Assembly: GCA_000826855.1 (NCBI GenBank)
Contig: JTLS01000014.1
Span: 1-52,027, forward strand
Source of the DNA: Basidioascus undulatus
Lineage: Eukaryota
Direction: 5' to 3'
Length of the DNA stretch: 52,027 nucleotides
Shown here: in pieces, positions 24,290 through 36,891 of the stretch
How the letters are laid out: the number at the start of each line of letters is the position of its first letter
How positions within the stretch are numbered: position 1 is the first letter of the stretch
The notes under the pieces: generated by a model
Told to the model about the DNA's origin: nothing
What the model saw: only the letters and a program-made list of their open reading frames with translations
The model's database searches: none
Program-made: the position numbers and the translations under genes

Positions 24290-25200
24290 TTTGTACAGTA
24301 TGAATGACGAGTAGAACGCTTCCTGCACGGGTATCAGCATGAAAGAAGGCTCAACGGTCCCGCCGCGTCCAGCGTCTGTCGTCAGTACTCCCCTCAAGAA
24401 CCCGAGCACGTCCTGGCGCTCATCCGCCGCGTCGATGCCGTACTCGAGCAGGAACCTAAGAAACCTGCCCCCTCTACTCGTCGGAGACTATGGAAGCGGC
24501 AGGATCGATGCGCATCAGGGACTGCTGCTTGTGATACTCGGAGCATTCAAGCTTGGGTGTCTCGAGCAAGCGCGTGCCGTTGACGTAGATGGGCAGTCGG
24601 ATGGCAGTTGACGAGAGGTACTCATCAGAATCAGTAGAAGCACCGTACGACAGCAGCATGAGGCCGTGGTCCTCCAGCAAGCTGCGCGCAGCTCCGACCT
24701 GTTGCAGCGATCAGTTCAGCCGAGGACAGCTCGTGCACAGATGGCGAGAGCAACGCACTGTGGTGACCCCGACAGTGGCATCCCAAACGGCTTCCCACAC
24801 CCAGTCTCCGAAAAGCAAGCCATGCAGCTACAAAGATCGGGGTCTGGCCCAGTATCCCAGCTCGACAGGGCTGCCTTTGACCGAGAAGCGCAGATCCTCC
24901 ACCAGACGAATATAGAAAGCTTGGAACTGCTCCCAAACGAGGGAGTCGATGAGGTTGACTCTGATAAGCTCGAGAACTTCGCTTGGAAGTGAGGCGAGAG
25001 TAACGGTCGTCGCCGACGAGAAGACCAGCGTTCCGTTGGCGCGGCGGAGCGCGACCAGACCAAGGGCGAGCCGGACAGGCTCTCTGGAAATCAGCGTCAC
25101 GAACCTTTCCCAAAGTCAAGCGTACGGCGCACCTTGTACTTCGGGTAGAGCTGCGTGACGTGGTAGAGCTGCCACGACTCAACTGTTCACGCGGTTCTCA
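24290..25200 (-). pseudogene. Degenerate F-box-like/unknown protein
   Basis: TLASLPSEVLELIRVNL is F-box-like. Protein-like sequence continues past TAG stops at 24828-24830 (RSL*LHG) and 24474-24476 (SDE*RGRFLRFLLEYGI). Confidence 0.5.
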
Positions 25201-26810
25201 CATCAGAGCGGCCGCCCCTGCGTTTGCCGGTGGTGGAGATGAGGGCACACCAGACAGTCCGAGCGTAAATACGGCTTAGCTGTCGCACATGATGAGGGGT
25301 GGTTGAAGGCTGACGAGAGGGGGGCAAGTCGAGGCTTCTTCACGAGAAGCTGACGGTCCAGTTCTGAGCCGCGGGCAAAATCCAGACGTCCTGAACTCTC
25401 ACGCACTGTGTGAATGCCCATTTTCGATGTTTTAGGCCTTAGCGATGATACGAAATTTTAATCGGAGAAGATCACAGTCACAATACCGGGATGCTACGGC
25501 TGACAGGGTGCAAACAAAAGCTCACGTTAGCAACTGTATGAGCAACATGCAGCACTTTCGGGAGTCTGAAACTACCTTCTGGGTCTCTGCCGCGGCGCCG
25601 GCCTTTGCTGGGTTAAGTTCTAGAGAGCGCCTTACCGCAAAGGTATGGTTCAGTATAAGACCACATTGGGTTAAAGACGGGTGGCTTTTGGCCACTATTT
25701 CGTGTCCCGCCTGTTCAGTGCTTCCAACTCAGCACTCCGACCGTCGGGCTGTTCTTCAAACTTTCCCTTAGACGTTCAATGTTCCCTCCCCTTTACCAGA
25801 CCATTGAACTTCTTTATTTTGGCCAGATAAGACGGCTCCACTCCCAATTCGCACCTTTCCCCTCTACGATCCTCTCATCTCACAACCTCCTGCATCCTCT
25901 CCACCACGCTTCTCCCGCATACCACCATGAACCTCCAACCCAGCGGGCATACGCATCCAAGTACCATTTTCCCAGTCTTTCTCCTTGCATTGGGCGACAA
26001 TCGTGTCCACGATCGTGCGCTAGAACCACAGGGGGCATGGGGTTCCCACCCGGCTTGTCCGATGTCACCGGCGAACGATTATCAGATTGATAAACGTAGA
26101 GCTGTGTTTAAGACACAGCTCTATAAGTGCTTCACCTACATAAACTGTCTATGCCAGGAAACACTGTGTCTGTATCCGCTTTGCGTACCTGATGGCAGGG
26201 TGCAGCTGCAAGTCGGACTGTTGCATAGGAGTGAAAAGGACTCCATCTTTGCGCGCCCATCATCCCAGTTGTACTGTACGGGAAATGCACAGATGTGTCT
26301 TCGTGCGCTCAAGAATGACTTTCCAAAGACGGCGTGTGTGAATTGTACGATCGTCTGTCACCGCCATGGGCCATGAGCGTGGATCCAGAGGTTCACATCG
26401 GGCGAAGAGATCGACAAAGACGAGAATACCAAGGTCAGGATCGGAAGACCGCAAGTATGAGTCGAGAGCTTCACGCCAGTCGAGCACCAGGCGATGCTGA
26501 GGCGTGGTGCGGGCCTGCACTACACCCGTGAGCCCGTGCAGAACCAAATATCGCCGTCGGCTTGATACCTGTATCAACAGTAACCCATATCAATTGATAA
26601 ACGATATTAATGCTCGAAGTTGAAGTCGGCGGAATCAAAGTGTTCGCGCCGATGCGCGGCGAACAGGACGTGAAGAGTCAGTTCGGCACATAAGCAGCAT
26701 TCGGCCACGGCGAAATGCGATTCCTGTCTGGGCACGCCGCGATACTCAGCAAGCAAAACTCGTTCGTATGTACTACTCCGATCTCATCAACGCCGTCCCA
26801 AGCCTAGCAT

Positions 26811-27541
26811 CTAAGCAGACGAGGAGACCTTGGCGATGGCCTCCTGCAACTTGGCCGGGTTCGCGCCCTGGATGGTCTCGACCTGGAAAGGGAGGGAGAG
26901 TCAGTACCCGTAATGGCAGCGTAGAAGCGGAGGGACCCGACGCAGGGAGCGAGGGAAAGGGAAGGGAAAGGGGAAGGAGACGACGCACCTTCTCGCCGTT
27001 CTTGAAGATGATGAAGGTGGGCATGGCGCGGATGCCGACCTCCTGGGCAATGTCACCCTCCTCGTCGACGTCGACCTGTCATTCAAAACCAGACCGGCGA
27101 CTAGTAAGCCACCCTTATCTTCCAGCCGCACAGTCGACCGGGGAAGCGGGCGAACCTTGTAGAAGTCAACGTCGGTGAACTTCTGGGAGAACTTCTCGAA
27201 GTGCGGAGCGATCATCTTGCTGTTACGCGGTGCGTGAGAGGGGGTTCAGCGTGCGGTCGAAGGGTGCGAGACGGGCGGGAAGGAGGCACGCACCAGGGAC
27301 CGCACCAGGTGGCCCAGAAGTCGACGACGACGGGCTTGTCACCGGAGGTCTACCAGATATGACCAACCGCCATGAGTCTCCAAGATCCTGCACAGGTAAA
27401 CAGAGCTCCACAGACGCACCTTCGCCTTGAAGTCCTCGAGGCCCTTGATCGCAGCTGATCGGCGGTCCCGTTGACCTCATCAGCTCCCCGCTACCTCCCA
27501 CCTGACCCGCGCTGGGTTCTGGGAGTATACGCACCAACCAT
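26811..27541 (-). CDS. Thioredoxin (WCGPC), 6 coding exons
   Basis: [106 protein letters not shown]. All introns are GT-AG. Confidence 0.96.
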
Positions 27542-28457
27542 CGTGATTTATTAGTGTGTGGGTGGTGGGGAGTGTGTAGAGTGGGTGTTCAAACAAGAGT
27601 ATGGGCGAGTGGCAGATGGAAGTTGGAGGCGAAGGAGGCAGCGAAGGCAAGGGTCCGAAAAGCACGTCACGTCCACCCTCCGCCCCTGCTGACTGACCGA
27701 TCCTCGGATGGTTGTAAGCTCGGTCCTGGCAAATACCACGCGCTTCTAAGTAGGCGGTGCCACCTCGGTCTGGACCGATTTACGTGGATTGAACAGTCTG
27801 CTGACGATCCTGCAAGATCCTGCATACAATATTTCACCCAGAAAAGGACAGAAAAGCATAGACAGGGCGACAGACAGGACGCCCTGCCGAAGTCCCGCTA
27901 GAACCTTTACCTGGTCGACGGAGCCCGGCACGTAAAATGTTAGATCAAACAAAGGTCTATTTCATAGGGTCGATGAACAGGTGGACGGAAGAAGGAGTCG
28001 TTGAGAGTGTGAGTCGTTTATGTGCCTTTGCCTGCAGCCCCGTTCGCCACACCCGTTCGCAAACTGCCGATCGCCGACCAAGTAGCCCCCAAAGCTTCAT
28101 CAAAGCTTTCTGGAAGATTGTGTGGCGCAAACGACGGCTGTGGGGAAGAGGCGTTGTCTCTCACTGGCATGCAAGCAACGACAGTGAGTGCCTGTACGCC
28201 CGGTGGAAGGGATCCGATCTTGTGCACAGTCAAGCCTGTTGAGACTATCAGATGCTGATATTTTATGGATTCTTCAGCCCAGCCTCCAGCCTTATAGTAG
28301 ATGTTCGATCGCTTACTGAAGGCTTCCAGCATGACAATCACGCCGCGAAATAGAGCACACGCCCGACGCCAAGTGGTCCAAATGAAAATACAAAGGGGTG
28401 TCGTCACAATTCGAGCAGAAGAATACCGTCGGTATTTACACGAAAGCGTACTTGGAG

Positions 28458-29097
28458 TTACGCAGCCTGAGCGGCCTTGGTGATCAACTCTTGCAGCCGA
28501 CTTGGCACGGCGCCGACAATAGTGTCAAGCTGCACGAAATGCCGCCCATCCCTGTAGCGTCAGAAAGAGCGCAGTTTCTTAACAGACAAATACTATGACT
28601 TACTCTCTTCCCCTCCTTGAACGCCATGAAAGTGGGCATTGCGTGAATGCCGACCTCCTCCGCGATCTTATCCTGCTCGTCCACGTCCACCTGCATCGAG
28701 AAAAAGATACGGGCGTGAGCTCCTGGGCTGAAGAACGACAGTGGGACGTTGCACACCTTGTAGAACTGAAGGTCAGGATACTCTTCGGCCAACTTGGCAA
28801 AGACGGGGCTGATCATCTTGCTGCGAGTGCCACTGGCAGGTAAGGCTTGCCCACCTTCGCAAACAGGCTTCGAACGGCCTACCAGGGCCCGCACCTGTCA
28901 TCCCATGGGCTCAGCACGCTACGCTCCGATAGAGTGGACAAAGACCTCACCATGTAGCCCAAAAGTCGATAAGCGTAGGCTTGTTGGAGTTAATCTAGCC
29001 CACCCATGCGGCCGTTTGTCAGACACCGCCACTGGCGCGCAGCACACCGCCTCACGATGTCCTTGAACTGCTCGTGCGACTTGATATCGGCGATCAT
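28458..29097 (-). CDS. Thioredoxin (WCGPC), tandem paralog with the active site on a 12-nt microexon
   Basis: [106 protein letters not shown]. Confidence 0.94.
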
Positions 29098-30258
29098 CGT
29101 GCAACTGCTTCTAAAGTGATATTGTGTGGTGTTGGTGAAGAAGTATGTGGACGGGGGCGAAAGTGGCGCAGATGGTTAGCGGGACAATCCCCAGCGACTC
29201 GTTCGTTCTGACTTCCCTTTATGCCTGAGGATTGTTAGGACGGACCGGCCGGCGGGTGCACGCGGTATCTGTCGCGGTCAGTGTATGTCACCAGGTGGTC
29301 AGTCAGACGACATCGTCATTACGGAGTCGACAGGTACTTCCGTTCATTTGCAGGGGGGCGAAACTAATGAAATCCGACATGGGCGGTAATGGCATGGTGA
29401 GGAGAGCGACGTTGCAACAGACAGGTCCGCGGCGTTCCAGTCCGTTACATAACAATCCCTCGCTACCCAGGTCGGAAACTCCTTTTCAAAGATATAAACT
29501 GATAAGCACAGAGTAGTGACCTTCAAAGTTCGCTTGAAAGGGTTCCCCTTTACACATCGCGTTGCAGCGCAAAACCAAACGTGCCCAGTCCCTCCCTTTT
29601 GACCTAACTGCGTCTACCAACGATGTGGTGGGTTTAAAATAAAAATAATGAAATATTTGGCTTCCTGTATGAGCAGCTTAACTCGGATAACGTGGTGACG
29701 CATCTCAAAATCAGAGCCACACGCAATCTGGGACTCCAACCGTCGCAGACCCTTTCATCCACTCAATGTTAGGGTTCCTCGACTCGATCGAGTAAGCACA
29801 TTATGTAGGAGAGGGGGAGTCCTCCATTCAAACCCTCAGCGACAGAGCTTTCCTTTCTGCACTACCGAAGGTACACAATTGCAAACGCTCATAACTTCGT
29901 CGACGTTGGTTTTCGCTTGCCTGAGAGGTTGACCGGAACGACTGGCAGAGGCATTTCCTCCTTGTCGGTTGTCTGACGGATTTCGTGAGCACTCAGACCG
30001 CCCTGACCTGGATGACGACCGACACCATGGGAGACCAGGCGCTGGGGAAAGGTTTCTTTGAGCTTATGGTCTGCAGCATTCTTCCGGGCGTGGCGCATTC
30101 CTTCTACTGCTGATTGATTTGGGCCCCATAGGCTACCCGGGATGATGGCGGCCTTCTCTCCAAAATATACCTTTCTTTGTGGTTTAGTACGTATCGATCA
30201 TAAACCCCATATTTACTTCGAGTAAGCTAAGCCTACTCCCATGCCCCTGGACACGCAG

Positions 30259-31485
30259 CCAACATTCGCGCACAAATACCTTGGATAACGCCGCTGCAAC
30301 GTCTCTTCCCGTATCCCGAGCGCAGAAGGCAGTTCTACAGCTCGGTCTCGAATGTGATGAACGAGCGGCTCGAGGAGGGTGCTAAGACCAAAGACATCTT
30401 CTCGCATATCGTGAGTGTGATAGAGCAAGTCAAGGTCGCTGACATTCTCGGAGCTGCTCACGGCAGGTGTCCAAGGACAACAAGGATGCGTCGGCAAAAC
30501 GACCAAGTGGGGTGACATGACTCTTTTCGCAGATACGGTGTTGATCGTTGTCGCCGGTGCGTGGATATAACCCCATGAGCTTGGGAAAACGAGCGTCTCG
30601 CTTACGTTCGTCCCATGCACAGGGTCCGACAGGCCTTCCCCCTCGCGAACGTCTTCTTCTGCATGATCCAGACCCCCAAGTTCTCCGCAACCTCCAGGCT
30701 GAGCTCGACGAGGCGTCGATCGACCCCACGCACGTCGCGGGCCTCGCGAAGCTCCCCCTGCTTTCGGCAGTCATAGACAAGACGCTGAGGCTTGTCCCTG
30801 CCGCTCTCGTCGGAGGGCCGAGGAGGCCCCCGGCAGGCAGCGGTGGAGCAATGGTGGGAAGAGTGTGCGTCTTAGCAGCTTTATGTCACACTGTCGCCCT
30901 AGCTGAGGAACTAACGCAGCTTCGTTCCGGAGGGCACAACGGTGTATCTTCCGACTTACGTCCTCCAGCGCGACGAGAGAAGCTTCGGAAAAAAAGTAAC
31001 TTTCACGGTTTTTGATGGCGCCATGCTGCTATAAAGTTGCTCATGTCAGACGTCTTCCTCGGCAGCGCGCACCTCTTCCGTCCCTCACGCTGGCTGGACG
31101 ACTCGCAGCCAGCGTCCAACTCGAATCCTGCTTTCTTCTCTTTCAGCAAAGGTGAGCTTCATGCCCCCAAGGGACCCAGGAGAATTAGGGAAAGCTTATT
31201 TCGGTCCTCAGGCGTTTACAACTGCGTCAGCCGTCCATTCGCCTTGTACGAAATGCGCATCGTCCTGGCCGTCCTGCTCAGCCGGTTCGACTTCGCGCCT
31301 GTTGAAGGATGGGAGCCGGCGCAGTTTGAGAAGAGCATCGGAGAACATCAAGCGTGAGCCTGGTTTCCGATCTGGGCGTGGATGTCTCAGTCGAGCTCAT
31401 TGTGGACTAACGGCCTGGTTATCGGGCTTCCAGGGCGTCGAAAGGCCCGTTACCGGTGCTCATCACGCCGAGGAAGTCCCGTTGA
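30259..31485 (+). pseudogene. Cytochrome P450 C-terminal half (CYP5035-like), frameshifted
   Basis: QIPWITPL...ERLEEGAKTKDIFSHI, I-helix LIVVAGSD followed by two frameshifts (30625-30680), ExxR changed to KTLR, FRPSRW, heme motif FSKGVYNCVS and the end KGPLPVLITPR. No N-terminal half upstream. Confidence 0.88.
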
Positions 31486-31937
31486 TATCTGTGCAGCATG
31501 TATCATTCCACACTATTGATATCAATCTTTTGGTTTAAGACACTTGCAACAGCTGTAAGTTGCAACGAGCTTGCTTCGGCTTTTTCCTGTGTGGCGTGAA
31601 CTTCCACAGGCTTTCATGTTTCAGGGTTTAATTCGAGTTTTTGACGCTTGGAAGTCAAGTCACCACGAAGCAATATGCCTGGCGTGTCCTTCCCTGGAAT
31701 CACATCATTCTCATTACAGTCGCGATAGATGGCTCGCAGTGCTCCTTATGACTAACGCCCTTCATTTGAGCTGACGTCTCTTGACAGGCATTACCAAAGT
31801 ATGGCACCGTCAACGCCTTCAAGCTCTTCCCATGCAGTGCAGGCCGCAACGAGGGATGATGCATCATCCCTCGAAGGAATCCGAGCACCCTTTCCCCACA
31901 TATGGCATGTCATTTCCACCTGTGCTATCGATATGAT

Positions 31938-32551
31938 CTACTCGTAAGTCTTTCCCTGTTTATCAAAGCGTCAGCGTCTCTCAGGCTTTTCAGAGAAGGG
32001 AGCAACGGTCTAACCTCGTTCCTCTCCCTGTGTTCAGCCTTGACCTTCTCAATGTATTCACGCAGGTACTTTTGAGTTGCCTTAGCAGTACTGTCCGAGA
32101 TCCTATCGAATTCCGAATCGATGGCCTGGATATCCTTCTTCCGGCTAGGAACGATCCACGCCAACCTGTCCATGTAAGTCTGGGAAGGATAAAACAGTCA
32201 GAGTCGTACCTCCAGCTCCGAATACTGGGGTCAGTACGTCCTCCTGAGCTTTTTTGTGGAGTCGCGCGTCATTTTATGTCGATGCCTTTCCTCGCAGCGC
32301 TCTAGCGTCAGCGTCTCCGTCTATCGTCGGTAACCCAAGAACGACCGGAAACTCACCGTTCGTAACTGAGGAGACGTCATAGCCGCGGATGCCCAGGTTC
32401 TACCGGAAGTATCTAATATTCAGATCCCTTGGCAACTTGAGAGGCAGACGTTTACCTGAGTGGCGACATCGGCGCCTGCGTTTACAGGGTCCGCAAAGGC
32501 GCAGCTAGCCGTAGCGAAAAGGGTGAGTAGGGAGAACGTTGGAAGCCGCAT
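31938..32551 (-). CDS. Small secreted protein of unknown function; middle exon unresolved, possibly decayed
   Basis: Signal peptide MRLPTFSLLTLFATASCAFA-DPV, GT-AG bounded exons NLGIRGYDVSSVTN and TYMDRLAWIVPSRKKDIQAIDSEFDRI...EHRERNE, final GKTYE*. Confidence 0.55.
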
Positions 32552-33978
32552 GTTTGATGCAAAGTGTTAGAAGATAGTGAAGACAGGTGTGAGGTATTCG
32601 AGGGAGGCAAAACAATGTACGGCTTTTAGATTGCCACGAGGCAGTCTTTCTGAGGGCTCAACGTCAATGCCGACAGTGCATTCCGTGCAGCACCGTGCCA
32701 CTTCGCTAGTCTCAGCCCCTCTCGCTCGCGCTGAGCTTATCTGTAAAAATTTCGTCAATAATCATAATAATAACCGGCTTTGTAGCGCGTTGAGGAAGTA
32801 ATGGGCCCGGACTCGGCTCACAGTTGCGACAGAGCCCGGACACGCCGCAACAGCACCCCGAGCACACGACTTGCAATCTACTAACGACTTATTGGTTCGG
32901 TGCTCGGCGCACGCTTTCATAGTCTAGATATTTTAGCTTGTCCTAGCTTGCGACCAATGTAAAAACACGGAAGCAGTAGGATTGAGGAGTACGGGTTGAG
33001 CACGGGCGAGGTCCGGACGCGTGAGCTGGATTGGCACTAGGCAGGCTCACCGCACAACCCAGACTCAACTGCATGAGAATTGGTGTCTTAGAGGTACACT
33101 CTGCCTATAGAATTTCAGGTAAGCTGTGGGTAGATGAAAGGAAGCACTCCTCCTCTTGACAGATGCATGATCAAACGAGGCGAGCCACGCCTCACTGTTA
33201 TGTCGTCCCTGTGTGACGGACTTAAATTAATACAATTGGAACCGAACAGCAAGATTCGGAAATAAAGTCGAAGGATCTAATGCTCGATGAGTATTCAGAT
33301 CGATATAGCACTTGATCTCATTTGAATTCATTGACGGGGCCGGGTGTCGTTCAATCTGGTTCGATTGCACTGTTTCGTTCATCCTGCCAGCTTTTCAGAC
33401 TCTGCAGGGCATGCTCAAGTCAAACTGTAGTTGTAAAGGGATCCCATGTACCCCTGGGGTTTTTCTTTGGTTTGGCAAGAGCTACGTGCTGGGAAGGGCG
33501 GCAGTCAACTGCCGTGTCGTTCACGCTGGGTGGCTCCCTCAGGCTACTTATTTGCTGTCCGTGAAATATGGCTGAGTCTTATTGAGAACTTTCTATGCGC
33601 TCGTATTTTTACCTGTATTGTTTAATCCAGGTTGCTCGCTGGCTTTAACCAGTCGTTGCAGTGTTCAGCAAGAAAAGGCTGCCATGCGGCCGGGCAATCC
33701 TCACTTTGCATTTTTAGTTTTGATCACCTGTCTGCTTAGCGTTTCTGACAACATCGGAGGAGGCATGCACATTCCGTATCCCACAGAAAGTTGAAGCAGA
33801 AGCCCAATATTTCCTCGAAGCGTCGAGGTATTGCGCGAACGATTTGAGAAGCAACACGCCATCGCTCGCTGACGAAATGCCGTATGTCGCGGTCTCTGCC
33901 TCTTGAACCCCAACCATCATCACCTCCCACAAACACTGACCACGCGCATCCTCGCACTTCATACTCACTCAACTCACC

Positions 33979-34556
33979 ATGCCACTTTCAGAGCACGGTG
34001 GCCAACTCGGCGCTCGCGCAGTCAACGCGGCCAGCTCGAGCAGCGCGCCCTCGTTCCTCATCTTTTACTCGAACCGCGACTCGTCCGGGAAGCTGTGGTG
34101 TCCTGACTGCCGGGAGTGCGTGGAATCGTATCGGGCCTCTTCCCGTCCCGCTCTTGTTATGCATATCGGATTTGATTCGGCGCACAGTGTTGAGGAGATC
34201 GTGAAGAAGACCTTCAGCGCAACCGATGGCCCGAACGGCGTGATCATTTGGGTTGGGCAGCGCGACGAGTACGTCTCCAACTTTCTCTTCCTGCAGGAGT
34301 GATATCGCTGAATTACAAAGTTTTGGATTCGTGCCAGGTGGAAGTCTCCGCAGAACGTCTACCGCGGCCCGAGCTGGCGCGTCAGCAGCATCCCGACCAT
34401 CATCCGTCAGGTCAACGTGCGTGCTCTAGTCTCGTGCGCCCACATCCAAGCAAAACGCTGATGTTGTATATGCTACAGGGGGAGGAGACCGGCCGCCTTG
34501 TAGAGGGCGAGATCTTGGACAGTGCCAAGCTGAAGGCGTTCCTCGCGGGGCAATGA
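33979..34556 (+). CDS. TRP14/TXNDC17-like thioredoxin-domain protein (DUF953) with intact WCPDC
   Basis: SFLIFYSNRDSSGKLWCPDCRD-VEEIVKKTF...VIIWVGQRDE-WKSPQNVYRGPSWRVSSIPTIIRQVN-GEETGRLVEGEILDSAKLKAFLAGQ*. Confidence 0.93.
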
Positions 34557-34766
34557 TGGACTCTTCTGAGTATCGTACCGGTCCATGAATGCATTCGAGC
34601 TCTTCTGCGTGTCGCACGTGAATCCCGATGGACGTCTCTGCCGGCCTTTGCGCTCTCACTAATTAGCGGAGGATTTCAGGCGGCAATACTGCTCAAGCTG
34701 CCTATTGATCGACAGCCTCAAGGCTCATGCTTCATCGTCTAGCTTACCACCCTCCAACCCACACAA

Positions 34767-36029
34767 CTAATCCGTACATCTCCGCCACTGCCCGCTGACC
34801 TCCCCGCACCCAAGCAAAGCCGCCAGCTCCGCGAGCCCGCCGCCCTCGTTCCCATCGACAACGACGTCGAACTCGCCCTCGCGCGCGGGCTCCGGCTCGT
34901 CGTCGTCCTCGCCCGGCCGGCGGACGTAGATGGTGCGCATGCCGAGCGCCTTGGCCGCGCGCAGGTCGTACGCGTGCGCGGCGACCATCGCGACCTGCTC
35001 GACCTCGAGGTTCAGGAACGCGCACGTGCGCAGGTACGCGACGGGGTTGGGCTTCGTCGTGCGCAGGATGTCGCCGGAGATTATCACGTCCCAAGGGAGG
35101 TGGGAGTGCTTCGCCTGTAGGGAGAGCGGAGAGGGGAGGGTGAGAAAGGAGGGGGATGAGGCAAGATGCGCCGGGGGGGTGGTCGAGAGGGACAGCGGCG
35201 AACCAGATCGGATAGGAGACGCGTGTTGCCATTGGACAGGGTGCATCTATAGCGGGCGGGCCAAATGAAGTTATTAATCGATACGAGGATGAAATAGAAT
35301 AACACCGCACTCACAGCGTATATTTTTTCTTCAGCTCAAACAAGCCATGGCTCGAATCCGGCCAGCCTGTAAGCCAATAGATGAAGAAGGGGACTTTTCA
35401 TTAGATCGTGAATCACAGCCCATAGGATTGGTACACCATACCACGCACCGTCCAAATCATGCCAGATGAGGTTGATGGACTGCAGCTCGGCCTCGGTCCA
35501 TGCGCCGGCAATGCCGAAGGATTGGACAAGCTCGTTGAGAAGCTGTAAAATTAATCCATTATGTCAATTTAAGCACAGCGACATGTCAGGACACGCGTAC
35601 GCCACGGTGAATGCGGTCAACATCAATGTACTGCATAATGTCTGGGACGACGCGCTTGGACATAGCGCCTGTCAAGCGAGCACTCCAATGATCAGCCGCC
35701 TCTTTCTCAACCTTTCATGAAAAAGAAATCAAGACGGACGAGTCTGCACGCCATACCCCGCCCGCCACTGCCTGGCAAATAATTCCCAGTCCACGTTCTT
35801 CAACCGAGGGTCCGCCCCCGCCTTGGCCGCGCGACGCTCGAGCTCCGCCTTGACAGGCCCAAGCCAGTCCACGACCGTCCCGAATACGTCGAAGAGGAGT
35901 CCTTCGACCTCGGGGAAACTGAGCGAAAAGCAGACGAAAGAAAGAGCGCGAGTCTGAGTCAGTGTGCGAGCTCAGCCGATGCTGAAAATGAGATGGTTAG
36001 ACGTGCGGGTGTCGAGGGACGCCAGCCAT
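34767..36029 (-). CDS. HAD-superfamily hydrolase (type II haloacid dehalogenase-like)
   Basis: GLLFDVFGTVVDW, IWHDLDGWPDSSHGL, TLSNGNTRLL, LPWDVIISGD...KPNPVAY and VAMVAAHAYDLRAAKALGMRTIYVRRPGED. The first intron is GC-AG. Confidence 0.93.
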
Positions 36030-36891
36030 CGAGTGTCAGTAGTTCGGGATAATGGAGGAAGAGTGTGGAATGTCAATGTGAGATGTGAGAGGCAAAGAGT
36101 AAGATGATAGCGTTCGGTTTGAGAACGCAGCAAGCACGCAGCTGTCGGCTGGAAACGGCGAGTGGTCCGATTGCGGATGTGTTCGGGCTTCCGGACGACT
36201 ACGGCCGCACTTGGGCCGATTAGACTGCGATCGTTTGCACGTGTGCACTAATAACTTTGGAAGGCTTTCAAGAATTGTAATGCTTGCACTGCACTCCGAT
36301 GGTTATACGGTATTAATAGGCAGGGTGAACGCGGCGATCCGAAGACGGTGCAGCCCGAACTGTTAACAGTCGGCCGCGGGAGTGTAACAACCCGAACTTG
36401 GCTCTTCGATAACTGGCAATACATCGTTTGGTATTAAAATTTCGAAATGATGGCACACGAAGTGCCTGCCGGGTTCAAGAGTAAAAACAGTCGGGCTTGT
36501 CGTACCTTATTTGCCGCTTCAAGGATTTGTACGTGAGTCCCTGACAGGAGCACCCGAAAGTCACTGGGCTTCTCGAGGACGTTCGCCTGCTCGCTTGACC
36601 TTCTACAGCCAATATCACCAATATCACAGCCTAACGCAGGTCAATCGGTAGGCGCAAGAGATCTGGGTAAGCTGATTCTATCTAGAATGGGCCCCGAGCA
36701 CAATCGCTGAAGAGGCACAGTCTACAGACCTCTGATAGCTACCGAGAGACGTGGAGCACGCAGCTTCCTTTTGGGCGCGTATCACGGCCTTGAGGAGCCT
36801 TGAAGAGCTTTGAGGTGGGATGTTTCCTTGATTGCGCTCCCGGCCTGCTTACGATACGAAGGGCTCAAGCAGGACTAGTTTGGGTGGAGCG

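Noticed and set aside
24474..24830. TAG readthrough, stop reassignment or A-to-I correction in relic genes
   Set aside because: TAG ends intact genes here (UBA3, thioredoxin), and most relics also carry frameshifts.
26300..26570. In-frame TGAs next to thioredoxin read as selenocysteine
   Set aside because: No selenoprotein motif or evident SECIS, and Sec decoding is not known in Dikarya. More likely a decayed gene.
35345..35365. tRNA T-loop-like GGCTCGAATCC
   Set aside because: It lies antisense within a HAD exon (GWPDSSHG), with no cloverleaf.
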